Virus record (IMG/VR): IMGVR_UViG_3300028886_000055
Location: 1-64,000 of that record
Reading direction: 5' to 3' (one strand)
Length of the DNA: 64,000 nucleotides
Source: a virus
Lineage: Duplodnaviria > Caudoviricetes
The notes below the pieces were generated by a model that saw nothing but the letters and a program-made list of their open reading frames with translations, made no database searches and had not been told where the DNA came from. A program made the translations under genes and the position numbers. Within the stretch, counting starts at the first letter, position 1. Every line of letters begins with the position of its first letter. Positions 34,901-48,790 of this stretch are shown here, in pieces.

Positions 34901-37900
34901 CTTAGATTAGTTAATTCTTTATTAAGTGTTGAAATCTATTCTTTACTTTCAAATAACGGATCAACACCATTTGTTATATTAAGTAGATTTTCTTGTAATT
35001 CAGTTAACTAATTATCAATATCCGCCTACTTGTCAAGAATTTCTGAATCAGTACCATATATTCTTAAAATAGTTTCTAATGAGGTAGTACCTATTGCTTT
35101 TTGAAGTAGTCTCTTAGTTTGTGTATCAATAAAGCCAACGTCTTTAAATTTTTTAATAATTTCTCTGATTTTAGTTGCTTTATTTTTAAGAGCTTCTTTA
35201 TATTTAACTCGATTTTCTAAATCAATTTCTGTTCTTCTTACAGCCTTTTGAGCATCATCTAACTACTAAAATTCCTTAATTTCTTCAGGTGATAATAATA
35301 GTTCTGGCTAATTAGGATCGTAGTTATCTGGATTGTAATATTCTGGATTATATTCTATTTTTAAAATAGGATCTATATCAACTTTACCATCCAAAAACAT
35401 TTCTTTTAATTCATCAATACTACTTACCTTTCCAGCTTGAATTAACTCATCTGTCCTTTCTTGATCTACTAACTCATTCCAAAGTATTTCTCTTACTTTA
35501 ACATGTTCTTCATAAGAATTTGCTTTATCATTAACCGTTTCTGTAAATTTTTCATTAAAATGTTTGTATAAATTATAAGCCTCATCAAATTTATCATATT
35601 TAGTTGCTTCTTTATATTTAATAAAATCTTCTTGTAATTTAGTTAACTATTCAGCAGTTAATTCTTCTTTCTCTTTACCTGTTTTAGCTTTTATATATTG
35701 ACTAAAATTTGCTTTATAGAAAGGATAATTTACAGATTCATCGATTTCAAACAATAACTTATCTACATACTCTGCAGAGGACTATTCTGAAAAGAAAAAA
35801 TCTCTACGTTTTCTTAAATCAGATAATTCTTTTTCTAATTTAGCTAAACCTGCTTCATATGCATTATGTTGTTCAGTTTTTCCATTATTTGTAGCACGTT
35901 CTTTAGATTCAACTACGTCTGGAGAAGTTTTCTTATACTATTCTATTTCAAGGATTTTATCAGCAATTTGCTAAGAAATTTTATTAAAATCCATAACTAG
36001 TCTAGATTGAGTTCCAGTTATACCAACAGCTTCTTGTATTTTTGATAATCTTTGATCCCCAAGTATTATTTTATCTAATACCTAATCATCAGACATATCT
36101 AGACCTTCTTGATGTAAAGCTCTATCAGTAACTTCTATAACTCTTCTAATCTAATTAGCAATTAAACTATTTTGTGAATCCTTTTCATTATCTGCAGTTA
36201 ACCAATTTAAAGTTTCGCCAACCTGTTCTGTTTTTGTTCCAGATAATGTAGTGCTTCCTAACTTACCTTTAGATTGAAGGACTCCTAATTCTTTAAGCAA
36301 TTCAGATTTTTTACCGTTTCTTAATAAATACGTTAATTCCTATTTTTCATTATCAGGACGTGTATTTCTACCCTATACCGTATCTACTCCATAAAAAACT
36401 GCACCGCCAATTGCACCTCCAAAGAAATTCATTAAATAACGATCTCCAGCATTATCCCAAGCATCCATTTTATCTTTACTTACAGTTAATCCTAGATCCT
36501 ATAACATATTAAACGTAGATTTAGTAAAATCTGTTACAAGTTCTTCAGAAACTTCTTCAATACCTTCACCTAATGACTTTCCAAAAAATCCTAATGAATG
36601 TTCTTTTATACCTTGCCAATATTTACTAGAAGCATTTCTGGCACTATCCATAATTTTGAATAATTTACTTCTAGTATCTTTAATACCTTGTGCAATCTAA
36701 TAGCCTTTCGATATATCCTATTTTAAAGTATTAATAGCTGCTCTATATATTTTAGCATCGCTTTGTAATTCAGGAAAAAATAACTCACCTAGACCTGTTC
36801 TATCTACTTTATACATTCCTAACGCTGCGCCCCATGCCATTAAAGCAGCCTCTGTTTTAGTAGCACCTTGAGCTAATGTATCTTCATAGATTTCAAATGC
36901 CTGCATACCAGCCATATACCCAAGAGATGCATTAGCTGCCATTCTATTATTAGCTTCAAGTAGTGGTTTTAATTTATTTTCTGATAATAGTTTATAAGCA
37001 CTATTTATGTTTTGAGATAAATCATTATATGTTCCTTGTAATCTAACAGTAGATTCTAAACCTTTTTGACTAGCTTCATTCGCTAATTGCTTATTTAAAT
37101 TATTAATCTTACTAGCATTTGCCTTTTTAAATAAATCAGCTATCGTTCTTTGTTGCTGCCACTATAATGCTACATCTGCAATAGTATTTGCAAAATTTTC
37201 AAGACTAAATAAATGTGATTGAGAATATTCAGAAGTACTTCCTTTAAACGATCTACTAATACCCTACATCTAATTAAAGAAAGGTAACGTAGTATCTTCT
37301 TTAGAAAAATTACCAGCAATTGTATTATATAACGTAGGTAATAAATCCATTAATTGAGTACCAACCATAGCGTAACCATAATACGGAGCTATAGGTGTAA
37401 ATAATGGTATTATAGAAGCAGCTGTTTTAGCAAGAGTTCCAGATACAGATTTGTCTAATCCGTCAGAGTCAAAGAAATCGTATTTATTTAAAGAAGAACC
37501 ATCTACAGTTAAAGTATCAAAAATAGATTTTACTTTCTTACCATAAGCACTTCTTCCACCAAGAGTTTCATAATAATAATCGCCATCCTCATTAACTTTA
37601 TATTCTCCTTTTTTGTGTTTTATTTTTGCACCAGTTATTGGATCAATTGTTTCCGTATCTGAATCATAAGTTGCTAAAACTAGCGGTTCAAATATAGATT
37701 TAACATATCCGACAAGTGAATTTTCTAAAGCATCGTCGTTTGGAGTACGATCAATAAATTCCTATTTTGTCCAATCATAAATTTTAGATTTTTGAGCTGC
37801 TTCAGATATTGTAATTGTTGGATCACTAATGCTTCCGATTCCACCAAATCCATAAACTTGTTTTAAAGGATTAGCTACTTTTTTAAATTCAATTTCAGGC

Positions 37901-38214
37901 TTTTTTATTTTAGCTCCAACTGGTCTAGTTGAATTATACATATCATATTCATAGTCCTAAGCCATCTTAGAAACAATATCATCATCATTTAGTGATTGGT
38001 ATGATGCAGCTGCAATATTATAAGCTTGTTCAAATTTGGCTTTATCAAATTTACCATCTGTTTGATATAGCTATTGTATATATTTATTATTTTCATAATA
38101 ACTTTTCTCTCGGAGTTGTGTATTCTCTGGAGTTAATCCTACCTATGAAAATTGAGATATTTCAAAGGTAGGGTTTTCTGATATAGCTAAAAACCAATCG
38201 TTTTCTTTATTCAT
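28993..38214 (-). CDS. giant virion cargo protein D with superfamily-1 helicase domain (~3073 aa, TAG=Gln)
   Basis: Fragments in frame from MNKENDW (38214) to SCKFVNL-TAA. Walker A GVGGAGKTT (~33586-33612), Walker B IIVDEYTH, motif III SGDSF(Q), motif V KV(Q)GLE, motif VI LYTMLTRS. Confidence 0.87.
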
Positions 38215-38216
38215 AA

Positions 38217-40094
38217 TTATTCTAATTTAGAAGCACTTGCTGAAACATAATTGCTTGATTTTTTCATTGTATCTATATATCGTATATCATTCTATTTTAA
38301 AGAACTTGAATTCTATGCCATTACAGGATGCTGTCCAGAAGCGATCATAGCTGTATCTGTAGAATTTAATACTGGAATAAAAATCATACCAGCATATATT
38401 TTATCACCTACTGATACTGGATGATCTTTAGAAGATAGAGTATTTATCATTGTTGACTATATTCCTTTAGAATCTTTCTATTCTACAAGAAACTGTTCAT
38501 TGTCTATTTCTACTAATGCTGGATCAACAACACCGTCCTGTTTTCCAAACATACCTAAGAAACCACTTGAGCTTGCACTACCATAAGCTTTTGTCATTAA
38601 GAATGGTTTAACTTTGCTAGGATTCCAAGAACCATCTGGTAATAAATAATCTTCAAACCCGTGTTCTCTAAGAATACGTATTTGATCTTGTACATTATAA
38701 TTTCCAGATTCAATTATTTTATAAGCTTCTGTGAATTTTTTAATTAAATCAAAGTCAGGGTGTATTGTTCCATTCTTATCTAAAGCATACGGTAATATAG
38801 CTCTACTTAATTGAGTACCGTCATACATTATTTGATCATATTTAGATGGATCTATTCGCTAGTTTCCAAAATAAACTCCATTTCTGACATCACTGATTGA
38901 AGCTATACCCTAATTTAAGAAATTACTTAAAGAAGTCCGTTGGATTGGTTTTCCATCATTTCCAACAGGTTGTCCATAAAATTGTCCATTTACAACCATA
39001 GCTGTATGTCCTCCTGGAACTAATGTAATATTCTCATTTTGACCACCCATTCCAGTCTAATATTCATATAAGCCAGTAACTTGAATATCTCCAATTCTTT
39101 TACCTTCATTATCAGTAGCACCTTTAGTCGCTTGATTATCAAAGCTGACTTTCATATCCTATTCGTCAGTTAATCTACCTTGCAATAAATCAATAAGAAC
39201 AGAATCAACCGTAGTCCCATTTTCAGAAGCCCTATTCATAAGAACTGCACGTTCCTAGCGGGATAAAGATTTACTTAAATAATTTAAAAACGCTTTTGCT
39301 TGACTATTCTAAGAAACAGTTTTACTAGTTACTTTATAAACTCCATCTTCACCTTGTCCAATAATTTGTTCATAGCCTTTCATTAATTCTGCATTTTTAC
39401 TATCTTTATGAACAAATCCTTCTCGACTCATTGTACTTTTACCAAGTTTATCGATTTTATCAGTAATAGATTTTTCTATATCAGCAAAACTAATACTAGA
39501 TGCTACTAACGTTGTGAGTCCTCCTTTGTCCATAGCATGACCAGGAACATAAGCACGCATCTAAAGTAATTGTCCATTTGTAAGACGCTCAAATTTAGCT
39601 TCGTCTATTTCAGCGCTAGGCGATTTTAAATCAATTTTACCAGTTTCTCTATCTCTAACATAGATATGGCCGTCCTTAGTAACGGCAACCTAATCTAATG
39701 TTCCTTTTTCACGAGCGTGTTTTATAGCATCGTCATATTCTGCTTTATTCTATTTAATCTCAGGTAACATAGATAATAATTTAGTATAAATACGTTCCTA
39801 AGAATGTGGGTCTAATGGATCTACTGAATTACCAAATACATCAGCTTTCTATAAAAAATACTAAACATCACTCGGTAAACCATTTTCCATTAATATCTTC
39901 TACATCTCTTTATTTAAAAAACCGATATCTGAACTACTGCCGCTTTTTGAAGAGCTGGAGGACTTAGAGGAACTTGTAGATTCGGCACTTGCCGAACTAC
40001 TTCCAATTCCAGCATAAGCAGGTAGTGCCTACTCTACATTAGTATAGCTGACGAAGGCGGGTAAGCCTCCGCCAGCTAATTTTTTTATTCTCAT
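38217..40094 (-). CDS. virion cargo/structural protein E (~625 aa, TAG=Gln)
   Basis: Start MRIKKLAGGG, Ser-rich N-terminal linker, fragments 38478 and 39309 in frame, TAA at 38217. Confidence 0.8.
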
Positions 40095-43000
40095 TTTATT
40101 CCAACTGCTTTTTTAATTAAATCAGCTGAGAGTTGTGATACTAAAGCCATCGCTTTACGATGTTCTCTCTTATCTTCTCTTATATTCTTATAAGTTTCTC
40201 TAGCTGCTTGTCGAATATTCTTATTTATCTCGTTAGTTGTTTTTAAAGCTTGTCTTTCTGCAGCACTTAAAGTACCTCCAGATTTCAAACCTTTTGTAAC
40301 ATAATTTTTATAAATACCTCCAGTTATTCCAGGAACTTCTATAACTGGAGTTCTCTTTAATTGAAATGGTGTATAAGTATAATATTGTGATAATCCTCCA
40401 TATAAAACATCATACATTTCTCTAGAAACATCTTTAATCTATTTCTAATATTCTGGAGAAACTTCTCTTGCAAAGTAATTCCAAAAATCTCCATTATATT
40501 CTTTATATTTAGGATTATTTTCATTCCAGTTTTTAGCTTCCTATGACTATCTAGCTTTATAATTTTCCATAATAAGATCGTTCTTTTTCTCATATTCACT
40601 AGTAACCTTATATTTCCAATTATCAATTTCAGCTTGTCTTCGAAGAACATCTTCGTCACGATAACGTTTTTCAATACCTGCAAGGAAAGGTTGCCATATT
40701 TGTTCAAAGTTAGCAGTAAGTCTAGCGGCCTCGGCTTGTAATCTATTATTGTAAGCGGCTGTAACTCTACTTCTATTTTCGTTACCTGTAGCTACTTCCT
40801 GTGCTGCATTTTCATCATTAACCTAATTAAGTATTTGTAATGTCTTCCAATACATTTCGCTATCCTCAGCGTTACCTTGTTGTAAAGCCTAAGTAGCTTT
40901 CTACGCAGCTTCTAATCGTGCAGCATAATTAGTATCAGCATCACTACTTATTGGTCTCTAAGCAGCAGCATTAATTTTACCTGCCAACTCTTGAGCTAAC
41001 ATCTTAGCATTATAGTTACCATGAAGAATTGCAGTCTAATGCTATGGATCAAGTAGAGCAGTTTGCATCTACTTAGTAAGTTCTGTAACCTTATTGTTTA
41101 CATTCTCACCCCATAACGCTCTACCTAAAGCAATCGCATCCGCGGGATTTATATTTTTAATATAATTTAATACGTCCTCTCCGATCGTTTGAGCTTTAGT
41201 TTTACTCTAAGGATTACCATTACCTACAGCTTTAAATTGTCCTGTGTTTGGATCGTATTGTACTTCTTCACCAGTTAATGGATCAGTATGTGTCTAGCTA
41301 ATGCCATTTTCCTAAGTTGGCTAACTATTTGTTAATTTTAACATATAGTAATTAGTAGTAGGGTCTAGATAAATATCGGCTCCTACATCTTGCCAACGTT
41401 TCACTAAAGCCTTATAATCTTCTGAACCTTCATCAAAATCCCCTTTTCTACCAAGAATTCGTCTATCATCAGTTTGTGCTCCATATAAACCATCAGCAAC
41501 ATAAGTTTTATCCCAACTATCACCGTATCCGTCTTTTCCAACATTCCTATTATAATTAGTATCATAAGCACCATTTTTCCATTGAGCTTTAATACCTTTA
41601 GTATTTACAAAATCGTAATCATTAATAATAGCGTTCTGATAATCACTAGTGTTCTAATCAAAAGATACAGAATTATTTAACTATCCGTTTGTTGTATTTG
41701 TAGAATATATAGCACTGTGTTTAGTCTACATATTATTATAGGCATCAATGATTTTTTTCTTTTCTTCTAAAGTTTTGGCGTTTTTTAATCTTTCTAATAA
41801 ATCAGCCTCAATGTTATCATAAACATTAACTCTCCAGTTATTTCCATCTCCAAACTAGACATTGCTAAACTAATTACCACCAGCATATTTAGGAATAGAA
41901 CCTCCTTGCTGGTATAAAGAAATAACCCTAGAAATAAATCCGCCTTGCTGGTTAAATGTTATTTGATAACCCTATGTCATCGCATCAGCAATACTCATTT
42001 CTAAAGTTTCTTTACCTTTTTTAACAGTAACTTTAGTATTGGGGGAAATTCTCTATAATTTAGAATCTTTAGTAGCAAATACTACATTTCCGTTTCTATC
42101 TACTACAAGAACTGCGTTTTTATCTTTTAAAGCGCTCTACACAAATTTTATCTGTTTTTCTCTCTCGGCTTTTGTTCGAATAAGTTTAGAAGTGTTACCT
42201 GAAGATATATTGCGTTGCTCTAATAATAAAGGACGTGAAGGTATAGAAACCTTAGGATTAGATAATCCTGCAAACTAAGGCTGTGTAGAAAAAACTGTTC
42301 CATAATTGGGTTTACCTGGAGTAAATCTTGAAGTAGGCAATCCTAATGGATATTCACCTCGATTTAATCCGTGCATGATAGAAGCTTGTAAAGGACTTTC
42401 TGTTCTAGTTATTAATGACCGTGTACGATAAGGTGTAAATTCTGGAAATTCAGTACGCTAAGTTGCAGCTCTTCTAGCTCTATTCTATGCTCTTAATTCT
42501 GCGGCATTAACCTAAGATACTGTTCTTGCACCTTGTCCTTCAACAGTAGCTAATCTTTGGTCTGGCTATCCTGACCATCTTCTAAATTCTTCATCAGACA
42601 TCCGTGTTCTAGAAAAACTAGGCATCCAAGAAGGCATATGTAAATTCTATCGCCGATTATAAAAACGCTCAGATCTAGCATTCATAGGTAGACCCTAAGC
42701 TCTTAACCAATCTCTACGTTCATTAGGTTTAACTTCTTCTATAGATTTTAACTGCCGATTTCCGATATTTCTACTATACCAACTTGTACCTTCGTTTGTT
42801 GTAATAGGATTTCTACTACCTGCAAGCCAATAACGTCTACCACCTTCTGCAACATGTGCTCCATTTAAGAAATCATTTCCAAGAATTTCCTCTGCTTGTG
42901 CAGCTGTTTTCCCTTTAATTTTATTATATTGTTCAGGAGTCAATTCTTTAGAAAATCTACCCTTTTGTTCATTCTATAATTCTATAGTACGTTTACCCTC

Positions 43001-45226
43001 ACTAGGCTTACTAGCTCTAAATTCTGATTTAGTTTGTACTGCAGTTCTAGTACCTGCGCTCAGTGTTTGAATACCTCTAGCTATTGCTAATAATTCATCA
43101 TTTGTTAAGGATGAAAATCCTTTTTCTGTTAATTTCTTTGTTGCATTATATGCTTCTGGTAAAGTCTAAGTTGCTTGAAACGCTAACAATAATTTTGGCG
43201 CAAATCTAGTTAATACTTTAGCAGTTCTTGCAATAGGTGCTGATGCTCCTAATCCAGGAACTAGACCTAAAGCAGATATACCAATATTTATACCTAAATT
43301 TTTAGCTACGTCCAACTTACTTACTCTAGGATCGTTAACATCTGCATATAAATAAGATCCAAGACTACCGATACCTCCAACCCATGTTACTGGATCAGCT
43401 GCACCACCTGCAAGTGAACCTATAGTTTCTACGATATCAAAACCTGCACCTGCAATATTTGCCCAATCATAGTCTGTAAGTCCTCCAATAGGACTCTAAC
43501 CATGCTTCACTGCTCTATCAATCTCATCCTATTTTTTCTTTTGTTCAGCTTTCTATCTCCTTAATTCTTCAACAGTTACTCCTAAATCAGTTGCTTCGTC
43601 TATTTCAGCTTGACGTTTTTGAGACTAAATTTTATCGTAATTATTCCAGAATTGTGTAGTAGGATCAACACTGTTTCCCTAATTTAAAGCTGCATACATT
43701 AAACTTGCGCCAGACTATGCTTTTAATACACCTCCATTTTTATTAGATTGAGTTTGTTCAGTAGACTATTGTGTTGTAGACTACTAACCAGCATATTTAT
43801 TAGATAAAGTTAAATAATCAGATAACCAATTATCAGAAAGATTGGCATTGTTCTACTAATTATATAATTTAGTAAAATTGTTTAAAAGTTGTTTTTGATA
43901 ACGCTCCTAAAAATCATGCATAGATACTACTTTAATAGTATCGTTAACATAAGCCAAAACAGTTTCGTTTTCATAATCTTCACTGCCTGGAATTATATAC
44001 GCCTTATATCGTTGACTACCATCGTGTAAATCTGTAGTTTCATCTGCAGTCAAACCCATAGAAACTAACTGCTTCATAAGACCTCTCCACATATAAGGAT
44101 TTATTCTTCCAGAATATACATCTTTTATTGCTTGATTTAAAAATTTCTGAAATGAACCTTTTGTAAAATTAGAAAAATTATAAGCATCATTGGCTTTCTC
44201 TTTTAAATAAATCTTATTATATTTATTTATACTATTATATCGTTTATACCAATCACCTTTACGCCATTTAACATAATTATCTAAGGATTGTTCAACACTT
44301 TTATACTAATCTAATTTCTATAAGTCCTTAAGTTCCTCTCCTGGAGCATTTTGTAACTCATTATATTTACGTTCTTCTAAAGCAATATAGTCGGCAATTC
44401 CTTGTTCAGTATTTATACCTGCTGCAATTGCAGCCTAACGCCATTCTTTACGTTTATCTTCAATAGATACAGGTTTTAGTTCATCAGTATCGCTTGTTTT
44501 AGCTTCTCCTTTTAATAGATTGGCTAATCCGTAACCACCTAGTGCAGCATACGCTTTTTCAATTTCTGGATTTAATTCATCAGTATAAGGGTTTTCTAGT
44601 AATTGTAATAGATTAGCCCGTTTTGTATTAAATCCTTCTACGTCTTTATACTCATCAGCACTATAGTTTAAATCAGCAAGAGCTTGTCTAAATATAGTAT
44701 ATCTATCCTATGGCGTAAGTTTATACCATCCTTCTTGCATAGCTTCTGCATTACCGCCATAATTATTATCCATAATCTTTTTGGCAATATCCTATGTCAA
44801 TGATGAACCTATATTTTTAAGTTCTGGAGCTTTATATTCACTCATAACATTGTTATTAAATAACGTATTGTAATAAGCAGTACCTAAAGTTGCTCCAGCA
44901 CGTTTATCATTAGTTATATCACGTTTAAATAATCCTTTACCTTTCGTATTAAATGTTCCATCAGATTCATATTCCTATGAAACATTGTTCATTTTATTAT
45001 GTCCGTAACTTAGTTCTCCTGATTTAAGTCCAGCTAGAGAATACTCCAAATAATCTCTTACTGCATTTTGAGTTTCAGCATCCCAGTTATTTGCTTTAGC
45101 GTGTGCCTCAAAGTTACCCCATACATTTCTTTCTATATCATCGTAGTTGTAATCTTTACCATCTATTTTCACAATAGTTGGTTTAGTTTTACCACCTTCC
45201 TAATATTTTCTTATTACTTGTGCCAT
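40091..45226 (-). CDS. large virion cargo protein F (~1711 aa, TAG=Gln)
   Basis: Start MAQVIRKY(Q)EGG. Fragments 40091, 42695, 43907 and 44975 in frame. TGA overlaps the next ATG. Gly/Ala-rich hydrophobic stretch at ~43100-43470. Confidence 0.82.
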
Positions 45227-45238
45227 ATATTACTAAAT

Positions 45239-45277
45239 AAAAATAAAGGGAGAAACCATTAGCTCCTCCCTCTATTT
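45239..45277 (-). terminator. intrinsic terminator-like hairpin
   Basis: Minus strand AAATAGAGGGAGGAGCT-AAT-GGTTTCTCCCTTTATTTTT. Confidence 0.6.
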
Positions 45278-45290
45278 AATTAAACATTAA

Positions 45291-45575
45291 TTATCTAACT
45301 CGTACTAGTTTAGCACCACGTCTTGCATAAGTGGGTTCCTCAGCAGGAGCCTCTTGAGGTGCTCCACCACCTTGTGCTAATTGCATAAGTGCTTGGCAAA
45401 CAGCCATAGCTGCTTCACAATTTTGTTCTTGTAATGCCTATTGAGCAACTTGTAAAATTTGCATCATAGGATCTTCACCACCTTGCTCAGGTGCTGGTGC
45501 GCCACCTTCCATTGGTGCGCCTTCTTCCATAGGGGCTTCCATTGGGCCACCTTCCTAAAAGCGTTTAATTCTCAT
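45291..45575 (-). CDS. small Ala/Gln/Pro-rich virion protein G (94 aa, TAG=Gln)
   Basis: MRIKRF(Q)EGGPMEAPMEEGAPMEGGAPAPEQGGEDPMMQILQVAQ(Q)ALQEQNCEAAMAVCQALMQLAQ...YARRGAKLVRVR-TAA. Missed by the code-11 track. Confidence 0.8.
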
Positions 45576-45632
45576 AATTATTAATAATTAAAATTTTAGT
45601 TAATAAACAATATATTGTTACTGATATATCTA

Positions 45633-45664
45633 CAAATATATAATTATAAATTTTATATTCCAAT
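45633..45664 (-). promoter_or_regulatory. Bacteroidota sigma-A-type promoter candidate
   Basis: Minus strand ATTG-N20-TATATTTG matches the (T)TTG-N19-21-TAnnTTTG consensus, in a non-coding gap upstream of gene G. Confidence 0.5.
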
Positions 45665-45718
45665 TATTTTTAGCAAATAATAAAAATATTAGGCTTATGT
45701 ATTATTATCAGTCTTTCT

Positions 45719-46585
45719 TCATTTTTTAGAAACGGTTTCATTCCAATCTTTTACTATATTTTTTACATCAGTTTCAGATAAAGCAATAAAACTCCAAACA
45801 TATTTAATTTCTCCTCTTTTTCCATAAGGTTTCCTTAAACTAACAGCTTTACTAATTCTAGTACTCTAATATTTCTATTCTCGTTCTGCTTGCAATGCAG
45901 ATTCCCAAATATTAACTAGTTCACCTTGTAAAGTATACTAGAAAACTTGTTTAGATTTCCCATTTAACTTTCCAGTTCTTCCTGTACCTCCTTTATGTTT
46001 TGGTATATCTGGTTTTCCAATATTTTCTTTCGAATCACCATATCGCCATTGATAATTTTTAGAAGTGTACGATTTTCCTCTGCAAACGGCAATTATCTAA
46101 CTTGAATCACACCCTGTTGCTAATTGTGCATTTGCTGCAGAATCATAAGTAGCGATATAATTACCGTCGATATCGTACTAAGATACCTATTTAATCACAG
46201 AGGCTTTTAATTTAATTTTATGTTCTTCAGATAGATGTGTGCCATAACTAGGATGATCACTTCCTCTTAATTGTCTACCTCCTATTGTCATATTGTATCC
46301 ATTTTTAAACGAATCGTATTGTCCTATATAATAGATTTCTCTATCATTTAAAATATCAATAGTTTCTTCTAAAGTTTCTTTAAAAATAGTATATAACACT
46401 TCATATTGAAAAGAATCCCAACCGTATTTTCTTATTGCTGTGTAAAATTTAGAATTATACTATTTGCATTCTGTATTAAACGCATTATGCTCATGTTGAC
46501 GTTTTCTTCTATTTTCATCCGTAGTCTATCCTATATAACATTTACCACTAGGACTTGTATATTTATATATAATACCTTTTATCAT
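45719..46585 (-). mobile_element. free-standing GIY-YIG homing endonuclease with NUMOD repeats (288 aa, TAG=Gln)
   Basis: MIKGIIYKYTSPSGKCYIG(Q)T...REIYYIGQYDSFKNGYN, a NUMOD3-like HLSEEHK segment, and two V-x-(Q)-Y-x-x-x-G NUMOD1-like repeats. TGA at 45719. Confidence 0.88.
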
Positions 46586-46623
46586 AACTTATTAACATTA
46601 ATCATTATAAATCATCATTAAAC

Positions 46624-47208
46624 TTATTTCTGGACTACATATTCAGGCTTTCTACCATCCTAACGGTCTAATTCCTAAAATATATATCTTCCAAGTGCTT
46701 TATAATCTTTATCGAGTTTAGAAGCTTCTGCTTTTTTAGCTTTCTTAATAAGAATTTTAGTTGAACGTCTACTAAAAATACGTTCACCTCCTTGAAGTTC
46801 CATTTGAACACTTCCATCTGGAGCTATGACCTGCATAGGTGGCTGTTTAGAATTAGATTTATCTTCTTCTTCAGAATCTTCAAATTCAAGTTCATCACCT
46901 TCTTCGATTCCAGAATTCTGATTAACTTCAAGTACGTATTTTACATTATCTTCTTCAACAATAGTCTTATCTTCTGGTTTACCCTAATAAATAGATATTA
47001 CTTCCTAATCTTCATCAATGAAAATAATATCCAAAGGTATAAGTGTATCTTTCATCCAAAAACCAACTGTCTAAGGTTTATCATAAACAAAAAGCATACC
47101 CTAATCATTTGGCAAATTTTTTATTCCTTGTAAACCTTCTTCTTTCTCAGCTTCAGTTTCGGCTAGTTCTACTTTATACTATTTTCCTCCAATTTCAATT
47201 ATTTCCAT
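46624..47208 (-). CDS. DUF192 domain protein (194 aa, TAG=Gln)
   Basis: YKVELAETEAEKEEGL...GMLFVY...FWMKDTLIPLDIIFID...YVLEVN, plus a C-terminal extension ending DGRKPEYVVQK. Confidence 0.85.
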
Positions 47209-48788
47209 TATTCTACTGATTCTATTAGATTAGTTCTATCATCTGTATTATGAAGTATCTCTTTTACTAAAAGTTTACCCGCTTCAATGGCATATTTATC
47301 TTCTTTATCTTCATGCCACTTTTTACGCAAATCTTCTATTTTATTAGTAACGTCAAGTGTAAATATAATTTCTGAATGTTCAATCTCAGCGTGTTGTATT
47401 ACTTCTCCACCTTCTTTAGTGATTACAGGAATTCCTTTAGTAGTAACATGAGTTAAATCGTCATTAACCTAATCTAGGTGGTTTAATCTAGCATGTAATG
47501 CTCCTTCAGGAATAACATTCATTTGTCCACCTTGTTTAAACTCTTCAACTTTCATACCCTCCTAACCTTTAGGAGTTAAATGCTCACGTTCACCTACCGT
47601 TTCCCATCTTTCAGAACTAACTGTTCCATCTTTATTCATAAATACAGTAGTACCGTTAGCTAATCTAATGGGCACTTTTCCTTGTATTTGTTCTTTAGTT
47701 AAATCAGTAGGAACTTCTACATATTTACCAGTAGCTACATCGATAGTTTGAATAGAACGTTTTAATTTATTACCTATTGCATATTTACTAACAACTCTAC
47801 GACTAAACTACATACCATGACGTGCGGCACGCATTTGTTGAATACCACCAGATAAGTCTATAGATTGTTGATTTGCAACAAACGGAGTAGAACCTTGAGC
47901 AGCAAGATTATTAATCGTGTTAGTATCAACAATACCACTAATTGTATGTTTCATATTTGATGTAAATTCAGTTAATTGATTTTGTTTATTTCTAGCACCA
48001 CTACTAAATAAACCATATTTCTTACCAGCACCAATTTGAGTAACATCTTGTGTAGTCAAGAATCCCTAGAATCCACCGTTTGTAGACTTATCGAGTTCAG
48101 CATTACGAGTATAAGTATTAGCTTTTTTACCTCCAAAGCCATTAATGAGTCCAAGAGGAGTTAAGTTAAGAAATGCTGAATTTAAGATAGCATCAGTTTT
48201 TGTTATACCATCAGTACCACCACCGATTTTACTAACAGCATTACCTACTAATTTACCAACACCCATTGCGCCACTAACTATATTACCTATTGGTCCAAAA
48301 TTAGCAGCCGCTTTTTGAATAGTATCGTAAGTGGTATCCATTCCTTTAGTAATACCACCATATTTACCATTTAAACCTCGTTTACCAATCATATCACCAA
48401 TAGCGGATGCAGTATCACCTATAACTCCACCGTATTGTCCTCCAAACTTACCTGCTTTGGAATTCATAAAACCTCCTGTAGCAGATTTCTAATCATTAAA
48501 TGCTTTAAATGCAGATTTTACATTCTTATTAGCCTACTATATATTATATTGAGATGTTATTTGTCCTGGGGTTGCTGCGTTTATAATGTCATTACCTTTT
48601 TCATCGACCCCTGTTTTTACAGCATGTTGTGAAGCTGTCATTGCTCCTACTGGTACACTTGGATTCGGATTAATTAATGTGTTTATATTAAAATTTAATC
48701 TCTAACCACCACTAGGAGCACCATTCATTGACATACCTAAACTTGATAAATCAATGTTATTTAAAGCGTTATTTAAACTATTAGGCAT
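47208..48788 (-). CDS. Gly-rich virion/cargo protein J (~526 aa, TAG=Gln)
   Basis: Fragments 47808 and 48066 in frame. C-terminal FKQGGQMNVIPEGALHARL...GIPVI...HAEIE domain. TAATG overlap with the DUF192 gene. Confidence 0.78.
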
Positions 48789-48790
48789 AA

